Origin: an uncultured Gemmatimonadaceae bacterium
GTDB taxonomy: Bacteria > Gemmatimonadota > Gemmatimonadetes > Gemmatimonadales > Gemmatimonadaceae
Assembly: GCA_963781585.1 (NCBI GenBank)
Contig: CAWAGQ010000003.1
Coordinates: 256,001-320,000 of the forward strand
DNA: 64,000 bases
Direction of reading: 5' to 3'
A program made the translations under genes and the position numbers. Numbering within the stretch: position 1 is the stretch's first letter; every line of letters begins with the position of its first letter. Under the pieces are notes generated by a model. That model was not told the origin of the DNA. It made no database searches and was given only the letters and a program-made list of their open reading frames with translations. This document shows, piece after piece, positions 29,345 to 37,926 of this stretch.

Positions 29345-29360
29345 AGGCAACGCTATTGCA
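29345..29360 (+). promoter_or_regulatory. Sigma-54 -24/-12 promoter upstream of the sulfate-activation operon
   Basis: AGGCAAC-GCTA-TTGCA; same conserved halves as the 14561-14576 promoter. Confidence 0.6.
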
Positions 29361-29530
29361 AGATCGGCGCGCCAACAAGGCGTGCGCGCCCGCAACGGTG
29401 CCCGCCAGCCCTCGACGCGCGTCGTTAGCGGTATCCATCCGCTATCTTAGCGCATGCGCGGCGAATGCGCTGTGTGGAAACGAGATACGATTCCGCCAAT
29501 GCCGATCCCCGAACTCTCTCAGGCAAGCCC

Positions 29531-31303
29531 ATGAGCAAAGGTGTCACAATCTGGTTTACTGGCCTATCCGGCGCGGGCAAGACGACTGTTGCCTCGCGCG
29601 TACACGAGGTATTGCAGGCCCGCCACATCCTCTCGGAGCGCCTCGATGGCGACGTGGTGCGTCAGAGCCTGACGCGTGACCTGGGCTTCTCCAAGGAGGA
29701 TCGGGACAAGAACATCGAGCGCGTGACATTCGTGGCCAAGCTCCTCACGCGGAACGGGGTGGTGGTCCTGACGGCATTCATCTCCCCCTATCGCCGCATG
29801 CGGGACAAGGCACGCGCGGAGATTGGCGACTTCCTCGAGGTCTTCGTGCAGACGCCGATGGAAGTTCTGCTCGAGCGCGACGTGAAGGGCATGTACCGAA
29901 AGGCCATGGCCGGCGAGATCGAGAACTTCACCGGCGTGAATGACCCGTACGAGGAGCCGCTCAAGCCGGATCTCGTGCTCGAGACAGCGCGCGAGACGAT
30001 CGACCAGAGCGTGGCGCGGGTGGTCCGGGTGCTGGAGGAGCGGGGTTACGTCCCGACTGCCGGCGAATCGGCTCAGGCCGTCACCACGGCCGACCGCGCG
30101 CGGAGCGTCGCAGAGAGCCGCCGGATTCCAGGCCCCAACGCACCGCACGGCGGCGTGCTGGTGGACCGCGAGCTCTCGGGCGATGCGCGCGCCGCCGCGC
30201 TCGCGCATGCGAAGGAGCTGCCCAAGCTGCTCCTGGACGAGCGCGAAACCTCGGATCTCGAGATGATCGGCGTTGGCGCACTGTCTCCGCTCACCGGCTT
30301 CATGCGCAAACTCGACTACGAAACGGTCGTCGAGACGATGCGGCTGTCGGACGGCACGGTCTGGTCGCTCCCCGTCACCAAAGCCGTGACCGCGAAGGAG
30401 GCGGCGTCGATCCGTGCCGGCGGCGAAGTGGCGCTGGTGGACGAGGAGGGATCGCCGCTGGCGGTCATGCAGGTCACCGACGTGTTCCCGTACGACAAGG
30501 AGCGCGAGGCTTCGTTGTGCTTCGGGACGACGGAGACGGCGCACCCGGGGGTGGAGCGGCTGTACCGACAGGGCGAGATGCTCATCGGGGGGCCCGTGCA
30601 GGTCCTTCGCCGGCCGCCGCATGACACGTTCGGACAGTATCGTCTCACGCCGTTGGAGACGCGCCGGCGCATGGACGAAGCGGGGTGGAAGACGGTCGTT
30701 GCGTTCCAGACGCGCAACCCCGTGCATCGCGCGCATGAGTATCTCCAGAAGGTTGCGCTGGAGACTGTCGATGGTCTGCTCCTGCATCCCCTGGTGGGGG
30801 CGACGAAGTCGGACGACGTGCCCGCCGAGGTGCGCATGCGGACGTACGAGGAAATCCTGTCCCGTTACTATCCGGCGCATCGGGTGTTGCTCTCGGTTTT
30901 CCCGGCGGCGATGCGGTACGCCGGTCCGCGCGAGGCGGTGTTCCACGCCATCTGTCGCAAGAACTACGGCTGCACGCATTTCATCGTGGGGCGCGATCAT
31001 GCGGGCGTGGGGAACTACTACGGGTCGTACGACGCCCAGGAGCTCATCGATCGGTTCCCCGCGCACGAGCTGGGAATCACGGCGATGAAGTTCGAGCACG
31101 CGTTCTTCTGCCGCATCTGTGGTAACATGGCTTCGGCCCGAACCTGTCCCCACGGACGCGAGCACCATGTGGTGCTGAGCGGGACCAGGGTGCGCGAGAT
31201 GCTGACCAACGGCGAGCTGCCGCCACCCGAGTTTTCGCGGCCGGAGGTGGCCCGCATTCTCATGGAGTCGTACCAGGAGCAGGCGTCCGCGGCGGAGCGA
31301 TGA
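29531..31303 (+). CDS. cysC-sat: Bifunctional PAPS synthetase: N-terminal APS kinase fused to ATP sulfurylase
   Basis: WFTGLSGAGKTT, LDGDVVR, RDVKGMY, FTGVNDPYE; then PHGG, FQTRNPVHRAHE, GRDHAG, CxxC..CPH. Confidence 0.95.
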   Translation: MSKGVTIWFTGLSGAGKTTVASRVHEVLQARHILSERLDGDVVRQSLTRDLGFSKEDRDKNIERVTFVAKLLTRNGVVVLTAFISPYRRMRDKARAEIGDFLEVFVQTPMEVLLERDVKGMYRKAMAGEIENFTGVNDPYEEPLKPDLVLETARETIDQSVARVVRVLEERGYVPTAGESAQAVTTADRARSVAESRRIPGPNAPHGGVLVDRELSGDARAAALAHAKELPKLLLDERETSDLEMIGVGALSPLTGFMRKLDYETVVETMRLSDGTVWSLPVTKAVTAKEAASIRAGGEVALVDEEGSPLAVMQVTDVFPYDKEREASLCFGTTETAHPGVERLYRQGEMLIGGPVQVLRRPPHDTFGQYRLTPLETRRRMDEAGWKTVVAFQTRNPVHRAHEYLQKVALETVDGLLLHPLVGATKSDDVPAEVRMRTYEEILSRYYPAHRVLLSVFPAAMRYAGPREAVFHAICRKNYGCTHFIVGRDHAGVGNYYGSYDAQELIDRFPAHELGITAMKFEHAFFCRICGNMASARTCPHGREHHVVLSGTRVREMLTNGELPPPEFSRPEVARILMESYQEQASAAER

Positions 31304-32181
31304 CGGCACCGGGTTCGCACGAGCGGTTTGCCGACCTGCAGCTGCACTCGTCCGCGTCGGACGGATCGGATCAGCCGTCCGAGGTGGTGCGGCGGGCCGC
31401 CGGGCTGGGATTCGCGGCCATTGCGATCACCGATCACGACACGATGGCCGGCGTGCCGGAGGCCCGGGCCGCGGCCTCCTCGTTAGGCATCGAACTGCTG
31501 CCGGCCTGCGAGCTGTCCACGCTCGACGGCGACCGACAGGTGGATCTGCTCGCCTACGGCATTTCGCCCGACGACGCCGAGTTCGGCGCCGTGCTGGCCC
31601 AGCTGCGAGGCGGCCGCCTGGGACGGGCGCTCGGCATGGTACAATGCCTCAACGACCTTGGATACAAGGTCTCGTGGGACCGGGTGCAAGCCCTCGCCGG
31701 GAGCGAAAACGTGGGCCGCCCCCACGTGGCCCGGGCGATGGTGGAGGCGGGCGTGGTGCCCGACGTGAAATCCGCGTTCACCGACAAGTTCATCGGCGAT
31801 GGCGGTCGGTGCTACGTGCAGCGCGTGAAGATCGCGCCGCCGGAAGCCATCGCCCGGATTCACGCGGCGCAGGGCGTCGCCGTGGCTGCCCACCCCGGCC
31901 GCACCGGCCTCTCTGACCAGGACCTGTCCGTCCTGGCCGAGGCGGGGCTCGACGGGCTCGAGGTGTTCTATCCACGTCACTCCGCTGGCGAGACGGCGCG
32001 GCTCGAACGTCTGGCGAGGGACCGCGGCCTGCTGATGACGGGAGGCTCTGACGACCACGGTGCAATCAACGAAGGCCGTCTGATGGGAACCGTGCGCCTT
32101 CCCTGGATCCACGTCGAGCGCCTGAATGCCGCCATCCGCGCGCGGGGCGGCATGGTTCCCGCCACCGCGGGAGCGCGGTAG
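31300..32181 (+). CDS. PHP-domain phosphoesterase (TrpH/YciV-like; probable 3',5'-bisphosphate nucleotidase)
   Basis: DLQLHSSASDG, AITDHDT, GRPHVA, AHPGR, TGGSDDHG. Confidence 0.85.
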   Translation: MTAPGSHERFADLQLHSSASDGSDQPSEVVRRAAGLGFAAIAITDHDTMAGVPEARAAASSLGIELLPACELSTLDGDRQVDLLAYGISPDDAEFGAVLAQLRGGRLGRALGMVQCLNDLGYKVSWDRVQALAGSENVGRPHVARAMVEAGVVPDVKSAFTDKFIGDGGRCYVQRVKIAPPEAIARIHAAQGVAVAAHPGRTGLSDQDLSVLAEAGLDGLEVFYPRHSAGETARLERLARDRGLLMTGGSDDHGAINEGRLMGTVRLPWIHVERLNAAIRARGGMVPATAGAR

Positions 32182-32217
32182 GCGCGTGCCGGACCGGACA
32201 CCCGTACGTCGCCACCG

Positions 32218-33756
32218 ATGACCGGGCCAGACGCCCCGGTTCCCGGCCTGCTCACGGTCGCCCCTGACCCGGCGCACGAGAGCGGGCCGTTCCGCTGGCC
32301 CTCCGAGCGGCCGCCGGTTACGCCGACGGGCGGCGCAGCCCAGCTGCCGCCCCTTCCTCCGCCGGCCCGCTGGGAGCGCTGGGGGCAGCGCGCGATCGCA
32401 ACCGGCGGAATCGCGCTCGCTGGCTGGATCTACTTCATGCCGCTTCCCGATGGCCTGGGAACGGACGCGCGAGGCGCTCTGGCGGTGTTCGTCCTGAGCA
32501 CGGCGCTCTGGATCTCGAACTCGCTCCCCTACGGCGTGACCGGGTTGCTGGCGTTGGCGCTGCTCGGACTCAGCGGGGCCATGAAGCCGTTGGAGGCGTA
32601 CTCGGCGTTCGGCAGTCCGGCGATCTTCTTCCTGATCGGCATTTTCGTCATCGGTGGCGCGCTGGTGGAAACGGGGTTGAGCAGGCGCTGCGCGCTGCTC
32701 TTCCTGCGGCGCTTCGAGTCGTCGCCGTACGGCTTCGTCAACGGCATGATGCTGGCCGCTGCTTTCGGCACGCTGTGGATGCCGAATCAGGCCACCACCG
32801 CGATGCTCTTTCCGATCGCGCTGGAAGTGGCACTGGCGCTGCAGCTCCGTCCGAAGGAGAGCCCGTACGCGCGCCACCTGTTCTTCTCAATGGCGTGGGG
32901 GGCGATGATCGGGTCCAACGCCTCGTTCCTGGGATCAAGCCGCGCCGCGCTCGCGCTGGGTGTGCTGCAGCGGAATTTCACCACCGGCATCAGCTTCACG
33001 CAGTGGGTGATCGCCGCGGCACCGGTCGTGGTGTTGGGCCTGCTCACGACGCCGCTCGTGCTCCGGCTCACGATCCCCCGCGAGACGGTGCAGTTTGCCG
33101 AGGCGCGACGGGTCCTGGAGCGCAGCGTGGCAGCGCTGGGGCCGGTGCAGCGCCGCCACTACCTGACGCTCGCCATTCTCATCGCGACCGTGGCCGCGTG
33201 GGTGTTCGTGGGCGGACGCCGGGTTGACCTGGCGGTGATCGCGCTGCTCGGTGCGGCGGCTCTGTTCGCGGTGCGTGTGGTGCGCTGGGAGCAGGTCGAG
33301 CGTCACGTGTTCTGGAACATCATCCTGATGTACGGCGGCGCCATCGCGTTAGGCGCGGCGCTCGAGCGCAGCGGCGCGACCGCCTGGATCGTGACGCGCG
33401 CCCTCGGCAACGTACAACCCTCCCCGTTCATGGCGGTGGCGGGGAGCGCGCTGGTGGCCCTGGTGCTTTCCGAGTTCATGAGCAACGCGGCCGCTCTGGC
33501 GGTTATCCTTCCTCTGGCGTTCACCATCGGTACGCACGTCGGTGCGCCGCCGGTCGCACTGACGCTCGCCACGTCGCTGGGCGCCGGACTCGACTTCATC
33601 TTCCCCATGAGCACGGCGCCCAACACGATCATCTTCTCCAGCGGCTACCTGCGCACCACCGATTTCGTGAAGGCCGGCCTGCTGATGACGCTGGCGTCGG
33701 CGTGCATCCTCCTCGTCGTCATGCGGTTCTGGTGGCCGATGCTGGGGCTCCTGTGA
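32218..33756 (+). CDS. SLC13/DASS anion (probably sulfate) transporter
   Basis: Many TMs, MPNQATTAMLFPI, SEFMSNAA, PMSTAPNTI. Confidence 0.88.
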   Translation: MTGPDAPVPGLLTVAPDPAHESGPFRWPSERPPVTPTGGAAQLPPLPPPARWERWGQRAIATGGIALAGWIYFMPLPDGLGTDARGALAVFVLSTALWISNSLPYGVTGLLALALLGLSGAMKPLEAYSAFGSPAIFFLIGIFVIGGALVETGLSRRCALLFLRRFESSPYGFVNGMMLAAAFGTLWMPNQATTAMLFPIALEVALALQLRPKESPYARHLFFSMAWGAMIGSNASFLGSSRAALALGVLQRNFTTGISFTQWVIAAAPVVVLGLLTTPLVLRLTIPRETVQFAEARRVLERSVAALGPVQRRHYLTLAILIATVAAWVFVGGRRVDLAVIALLGAAALFAVRVVRWEQVERHVFWNIILMYGGAIALGAALERSGATAWIVTRALGNVQPSPFMAVAGSALVALVLSEFMSNAAALAVILPLAFTIGTHVGAPPVALTLATSLGAGLDFIFPMSTAPNTIIFSSGYLRTTDFVKAGLLMTLASACILLVVMRFWWPMLGLL

Positions 33757-34355
33757 CGGCGGCCGGCGCAACCCTCTGGTTCACCGGCCTCCCGGCGTCA
33801 GGCAAGTCGACGATTGCCCGCGAGGTGCACCGGCGGTTGCTGGAACAAGGCGTCCCCAGCGAACTGCTCGACGGCACCGAGGTCCGCGAGAGCCTGTCGC
33901 GCGGACTCGGGTTCTCGCACGACGACCGCGAAGAGCATCTCCGGCGAATCGGATACGTAGCGAAGCTGCTCTCGCGCAACGGCGTCATCGCCATCTGCGC
34001 CGCCGTCTCGCCCTATCGCGCCACCCGCGACGAGATCCGGCGGAACACCACGACCTTCGTCGAGATCTACGTGGAATGTCCGATCGACGTCGCCGAGCGT
34101 CGCGATCAGGAAGGGATCTACGCCAGGGCGCGACGCGGCGAGATCCCCGAGTTCACCGGGATCAGCGCGCCCTATGAGCCGCCAACCGCTGCCGAAGTGC
34201 ACATTCGCTCCGACCAGGAGACCGTGGACGCCGCCGCTCTGAAGGTGATGCACACGCTGGAGCTGCTCCGAATCATCTCCGCGTCACCCGAGTCGGAGCG
34301 CGCGGCGCAGGAAGACGAAATCCGCCGGCGCCTGGCAGCGCTCGGCTACCTGTGA
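33753..34355 (+). CDS. cysC: Second, degenerate adenylyl-sulfate kinase
   Basis: WFTGLPASGKST, LDGTEVR, RDQEGIY, FTGISAPYEPP, tail EIRRRLAALGYL. Confidence 0.85.
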   Translation: MTAAGATLWFTGLPASGKSTIAREVHRRLLEQGVPSELLDGTEVRESLSRGLGFSHDDREEHLRRIGYVAKLLSRNGVIAICAAVSPYRATRDEIRRNTTTFVEIYVECPIDVAERRDQEGIYARARRGEIPEFTGISAPYEPPTAAEVHIRSDQETVDAAALKVMHTLELLRIISASPESERAAQEDEIRRRLAALGYL

Positions 34356-35851
34356 GCGGCAGCCACGACACAGCGCGGCGGACATCGGAGCGCCTCGTTC
34401 TCGACCGCGCGCTGGCGCATGGCGTGGCCTGGATGGGGCTGTCCAAGTGGACCGCGCAGCTGCTGTCCTGGGCGGCGACGGTCATCGTGGCGCGGATCCT
34501 CTCCCCCGCCGACTATGGGATCGTCGGCATGGCGTCGATCTACCTTGGGTTCATTACGCTGGTCAGCGAGTTCGGGATCGATGCCGCAGTCGTGACATTG
34601 CGTGAGCTGCCCGACAGCGTGTTGCGGCAACTCAACAGCCTCGCGGTCTCTTTCGGAGCGGTCAGCTTTCTGATCTCCTGCGCGGTGGCGCCGCTGCTGG
34701 CGAAATTTTTCAACACGCCAGAGCTCACGCTGGTCGTCATCGCCATGAGTGGCACGTTCGTCGTTACCGGATTCCGCGTCGTCCCACAGGCTATTTTGCT
34801 GCGACACTTGCGTTTCCGCGGGATTGCCCTGGCCGACGCGGGACAGGCCATTCTGCTCTCGGTCGCCTCGGTGCTCTTCGCCTGGCTCGGGTTTCGCTAC
34901 TGGACGCTGGTGTTCGGGGCCGTCATTGGTGGCGTGGTATCCACGCTGCTGATTCTGGTCCAGGCGCGGAGCGGATTCGCCTTCCCCCGGTGGCGCGAGC
35001 TGGGAGCGGCGCTGTCGTTCAGTCGGAATACAATCGTGGGTCGCATGGCCTGGTATGGATACGACAACGCGGACTTCTTCGTCGCCGGCAAGATCCTGGG
35101 AAAGGAATCGCTCGGCGCGTACAACCTGGCATGGCAGCTCGCGACGACGATCATCCAGAAGGTCACGTCGCTCATCGGGCGAGTTACTCCGTCGGTGCTG
35201 TCGGCCGCGCAGACGGATCCGGCGGCACTGCGGCGCTATCTCCTCGCGGTCACCGAGACGATTTCGCTGGTCACCGTGCCGGCGACAGTGGGACTCGCGC
35301 TCGTGGCTCACGACGTCGTCCTTGTCGCGTTCGGCGAAAAGTGGCTGGCCGTGGTTGGTCCGTTGCGTCTCCTGGCGCTCTATGCCGCGATTCGCTCCAT
35401 CACCCCGTTCTTCGCGCAGGTGCTGATGGTCACGGGTGAAACCGCGCGCGCGATGCGGATCAATCTGGTCGGCCTGGTGGTGTTCCCGATCGCCTTCATG
35501 TTCGGCAGCCGGTGGGGCATTACGGGGATCGCCGCGATGTGGATCGTGACGCATCCGCTGGTGATTGCGTGGCCGGCGGGCCGGGCGGTGTTTCGACGTA
35601 TCGGGTTGCGGTGGGCGGCCTACCTTGGCGCACTCCTTCCCGCGGCGACATCGGCGACGGTGATGTGTGCCGTGGTCATTTTGGGTCGTTCGCTGCGCCC
35701 GGCCGGTCTGGCACCGATCGCTTCGCTCGCCATCGACGTGCCCACCGGGGCGGTCGCATTTGTCGCCGCGCTCCTGGTGCTGCACCGGAATCGGGTAACG
35801 CGACTGTGGAGTTTCGCGCGAACGAACCTGATGCCGAACCGCACGTCATGA
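34352..35851 (+). CDS. wzx: Polysaccharide flippase
   Basis: ARILSPADYG, GKILGKESLGAYNLA, about 12-14 TMs. Confidence 0.92.
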   Translation: MSGSHDTARRTSERLVLDRALAHGVAWMGLSKWTAQLLSWAATVIVARILSPADYGIVGMASIYLGFITLVSEFGIDAAVVTLRELPDSVLRQLNSLAVSFGAVSFLISCAVAPLLAKFFNTPELTLVVIAMSGTFVVTGFRVVPQAILLRHLRFRGIALADAGQAILLSVASVLFAWLGFRYWTLVFGAVIGGVVSTLLILVQARSGFAFPRWRELGAALSFSRNTIVGRMAWYGYDNADFFVAGKILGKESLGAYNLAWQLATTIIQKVTSLIGRVTPSVLSAAQTDPAALRRYLLAVTETISLVTVPATVGLALVAHDVVLVAFGEKWLAVVGPLRLLALYAAIRSITPFFAQVLMVTGETARAMRINLVGLVVFPIAFMFGSRWGITGIAAMWIVTHPLVIAWPAGRAVFRRIGLRWAAYLGALLPAATSATVMCAVVILGRSLRPAGLAPIASLAIDVPTGAVAFVAALLVLHRNRVTRLWSFARTNLMPNRTS

Positions 35852-37461
35852 GTGTCGCGAGCCTGACGACGAATCGGGGACGCGGCGGCGCGCTGGCCGC
35901 GGTTTTCGCACTGGTGATTCTGCATGGTGCGTTGGCCTGGACGATTCGGAGTCCCGGGGTCGCGTGGGGCGAGGACGACGCGAGGTACAGCCTGCTGGCA
36001 CGCGAGCTGGCGCACGCAAGCTATCGCGATGTCTGGGACGTCGCGGCGCCGGTGGATGCGCGCTTCCCGCCGGGCTTCCCGGTACTCGTCGCCGCCTCGA
36101 ACGCCGTATTCGGCGAGCGTCTCGACGCGCAAATCGCTGTCCTGATCGTGATGTCGGCCGCGAGCCTCATCCTGCTGTTCGACGCCGTGCGGGGACGCCT
36201 CGGCGAACCCACCGCGCTCCTGGTAACGGGTCTGGCCGCCATCAATCCGGTGTGGTTGACCAGCAGCGGCAGTCTCATGTCGGAAACGCCGTTCCGCTTC
36301 CTGGCCATTCTCACCCTGTGGGCGGCGTCGGTGCCTGACGAGCGGCCGCGCCACGCGCTGATCGCGGGTACCGCGGCCGTCCTGTCGGCGCTGGTGCGGG
36401 CGGCGGGGGTGGCGGTGATCGCAGCCCTGTTCGCCTACTGGTTGAGCGAGCGACGCTGGAAGGCAGCCGCTCTGCTGGCGCTTGGATCGCTCCCGGTGGC
36501 CGGATGGCTGGCGTGGACCACTATCGCACCGGATCCGGACGCCCGGGCGCTGTACCTGCATGCCATCCTGCCGAACCGGCAGCTTTCCCTCCTGACTCGC
36601 GCACTGCGCGTACTGCGGCGCCCTCTCATGAACGGGCTGACCTACGGACGGCGGGGCGTTCCCGAGGCGCTGTCGTTCTTTGCGATCAAGCACAACGTAT
36701 TGGACAACGCCGCGTGGCTCCTCATCTGCGGTGTCGCGATGCCGGCTGGGTTGGTCACCCTCTGGCGTCGATGGCGCTTGCTGATCGCATTGCTGCTCTG
36801 CTATGCCATCGTGCTGCTCGCATGGCCGTTCGCGGATGTGCGCTTCGTCAATCCGTGCATTGGCTTCCTGTTCGCGCTGATTGTTGCCGGTGTGCTGCCC
36901 GCGACGCGTCGGTGGGGCCGTCGTGCATCGCAGCTGTCACTCGTGGCGGTGACAGGGCTCTTCGTGGTTGGCGCGGCACAGGGCGGGCTCCCTGTGTTGC
37001 GGAACCGGCTGGCGTGCAACCGGGCCGACGCGCCCCGCTCGGCGCCATGCTATTCCGAAGACCAGCGAGGCTACCTGCAATTGGCGGAGTTCGCGCGAGA
37101 CAGCACCCCGCCTGATGCGCTCTTCTTCGCACCCAAGGAAGGCGCGTTCTTCTACCACACCCAGCGACGGACAGTCTCGGACCTCAAGACGGTGACCGTC
37201 CCGCCGGATTCGCTGCGTTCCTACCTGGTCGCCAACGGCGTCCAGTACGCGGTGCTGTCGCCCATCGGCATTCCGCGTACGCGGCATAACAACCTGCTGG
37301 CACACACGTGTCGTGAGTTCGACCTGGTCCAGGCGTACGAGGGCGACGCCGTGCTGCTCAAGCTCCGCTCGGATGGGCCCACCAATGCCGATAGTGCCGC
37401 CTGCCTGGCAGCGGCGCCGTGGAAGGACGGCGTGCCACCTCGTTGGGCCGAGAAGCCCTGA
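35848..37461 (+). CDS. GT-C-type membrane glycosyltransferase (PMT/ArnT-like)
   Basis: EDDARYSLLA first loop, FPPGFP, MSETPF, multiple TMs, periplasmic C-terminal domain. Confidence 0.75.
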   Translation: MSVASLTTNRGRGGALAAVFALVILHGALAWTIRSPGVAWGEDDARYSLLARELAHASYRDVWDVAAPVDARFPPGFPVLVAASNAVFGERLDAQIAVLIVMSAASLILLFDAVRGRLGEPTALLVTGLAAINPVWLTSSGSLMSETPFRFLAILTLWAASVPDERPRHALIAGTAAVLSALVRAAGVAVIAALFAYWLSERRWKAAALLALGSLPVAGWLAWTTIAPDPDARALYLHAILPNRQLSLLTRALRVLRRPLMNGLTYGRRGVPEALSFFAIKHNVLDNAAWLLICGVAMPAGLVTLWRRWRLLIALLLCYAIVLLAWPFADVRFVNPCIGFLFALIVAGVLPATRRWGRRASQLSLVAVTGLFVVGAAQGGLPVLRNRLACNRADAPRSAPCYSEDQRGYLQLAEFARDSTPPDALFFAPKEGAFFYHTQRRTVSDLKTVTVPPDSLRSYLVANGVQYAVLSPIGIPRTRHNNLLAHTCREFDLVQAYEGDAVLLKLRSDGPTNADSAACLAAAPWKDGVPPRWAEKP

Positions 37462-37860
37462 GCCCCTCGGTGATCCGTCGCGCACGATGATCCGCGAGAG
37501 AAAGTCCGGCATCGCGCGCCACGGTCATCGCCCGTTCATCCGCCCTTCGCCCATCGCGCGCATCCGGACCTGCGGACGAAGCGCGCAGCCGGCCGCGGTA
37601 CCCGTGCGCTCCCGGAACAGCGCCCCGGCGAGAGGGCTCCGAATGATGTTCCCGTGGCACACAAAGAGCACCGAGTGCACGCCGCTCAGGTTCCTGGGTG
37701 GGCGCGCAACTCCCAAGGTGCGTAGTATCGCGCGTCTGGCCTACACGACTCGATCGCCGGCAGGAAGCAGCAACCACTGCTGCCCCATCGCGCGAGCCCA
37801 CTGCGGGAGGACCGCCTTCACCACACCACGAAGCCGCCCAGCCCGGACGCAGCCAGCGTG
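37462..37860 (-). pseudogene. wzb: Disrupted low-molecular-weight protein tyrosine phosphatase
   Basis: VLFVCHGNIIRSP P-loop; in-frame TAG 37741-37743; frameshift near 37595 into SSAG...ADERA...GLSLADHRARRITE; C-terminal DPY part missing. Confidence 0.75.
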
Positions 37861-37926
37861 CTCCACACCCCCTCGCGGCCGCTGGCGGGCTGATTGGCGC
37901 GCGACACACCGCTCCGGGGCTCGCGG

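Noticed and set aside
29357..29375. Minus-strand sigma-54 box TTGGCGCGCCGATCTTGCA for the small peptide
   Set aside because: Spacing is 12 nt; the overlapping plus-strand box fits exactly
37741..37743. Amber read-through (pyrrolysine or recoding) in wzb
   Set aside because: The same gene also has a frameshift and truncation, so decay is the simpler explanation
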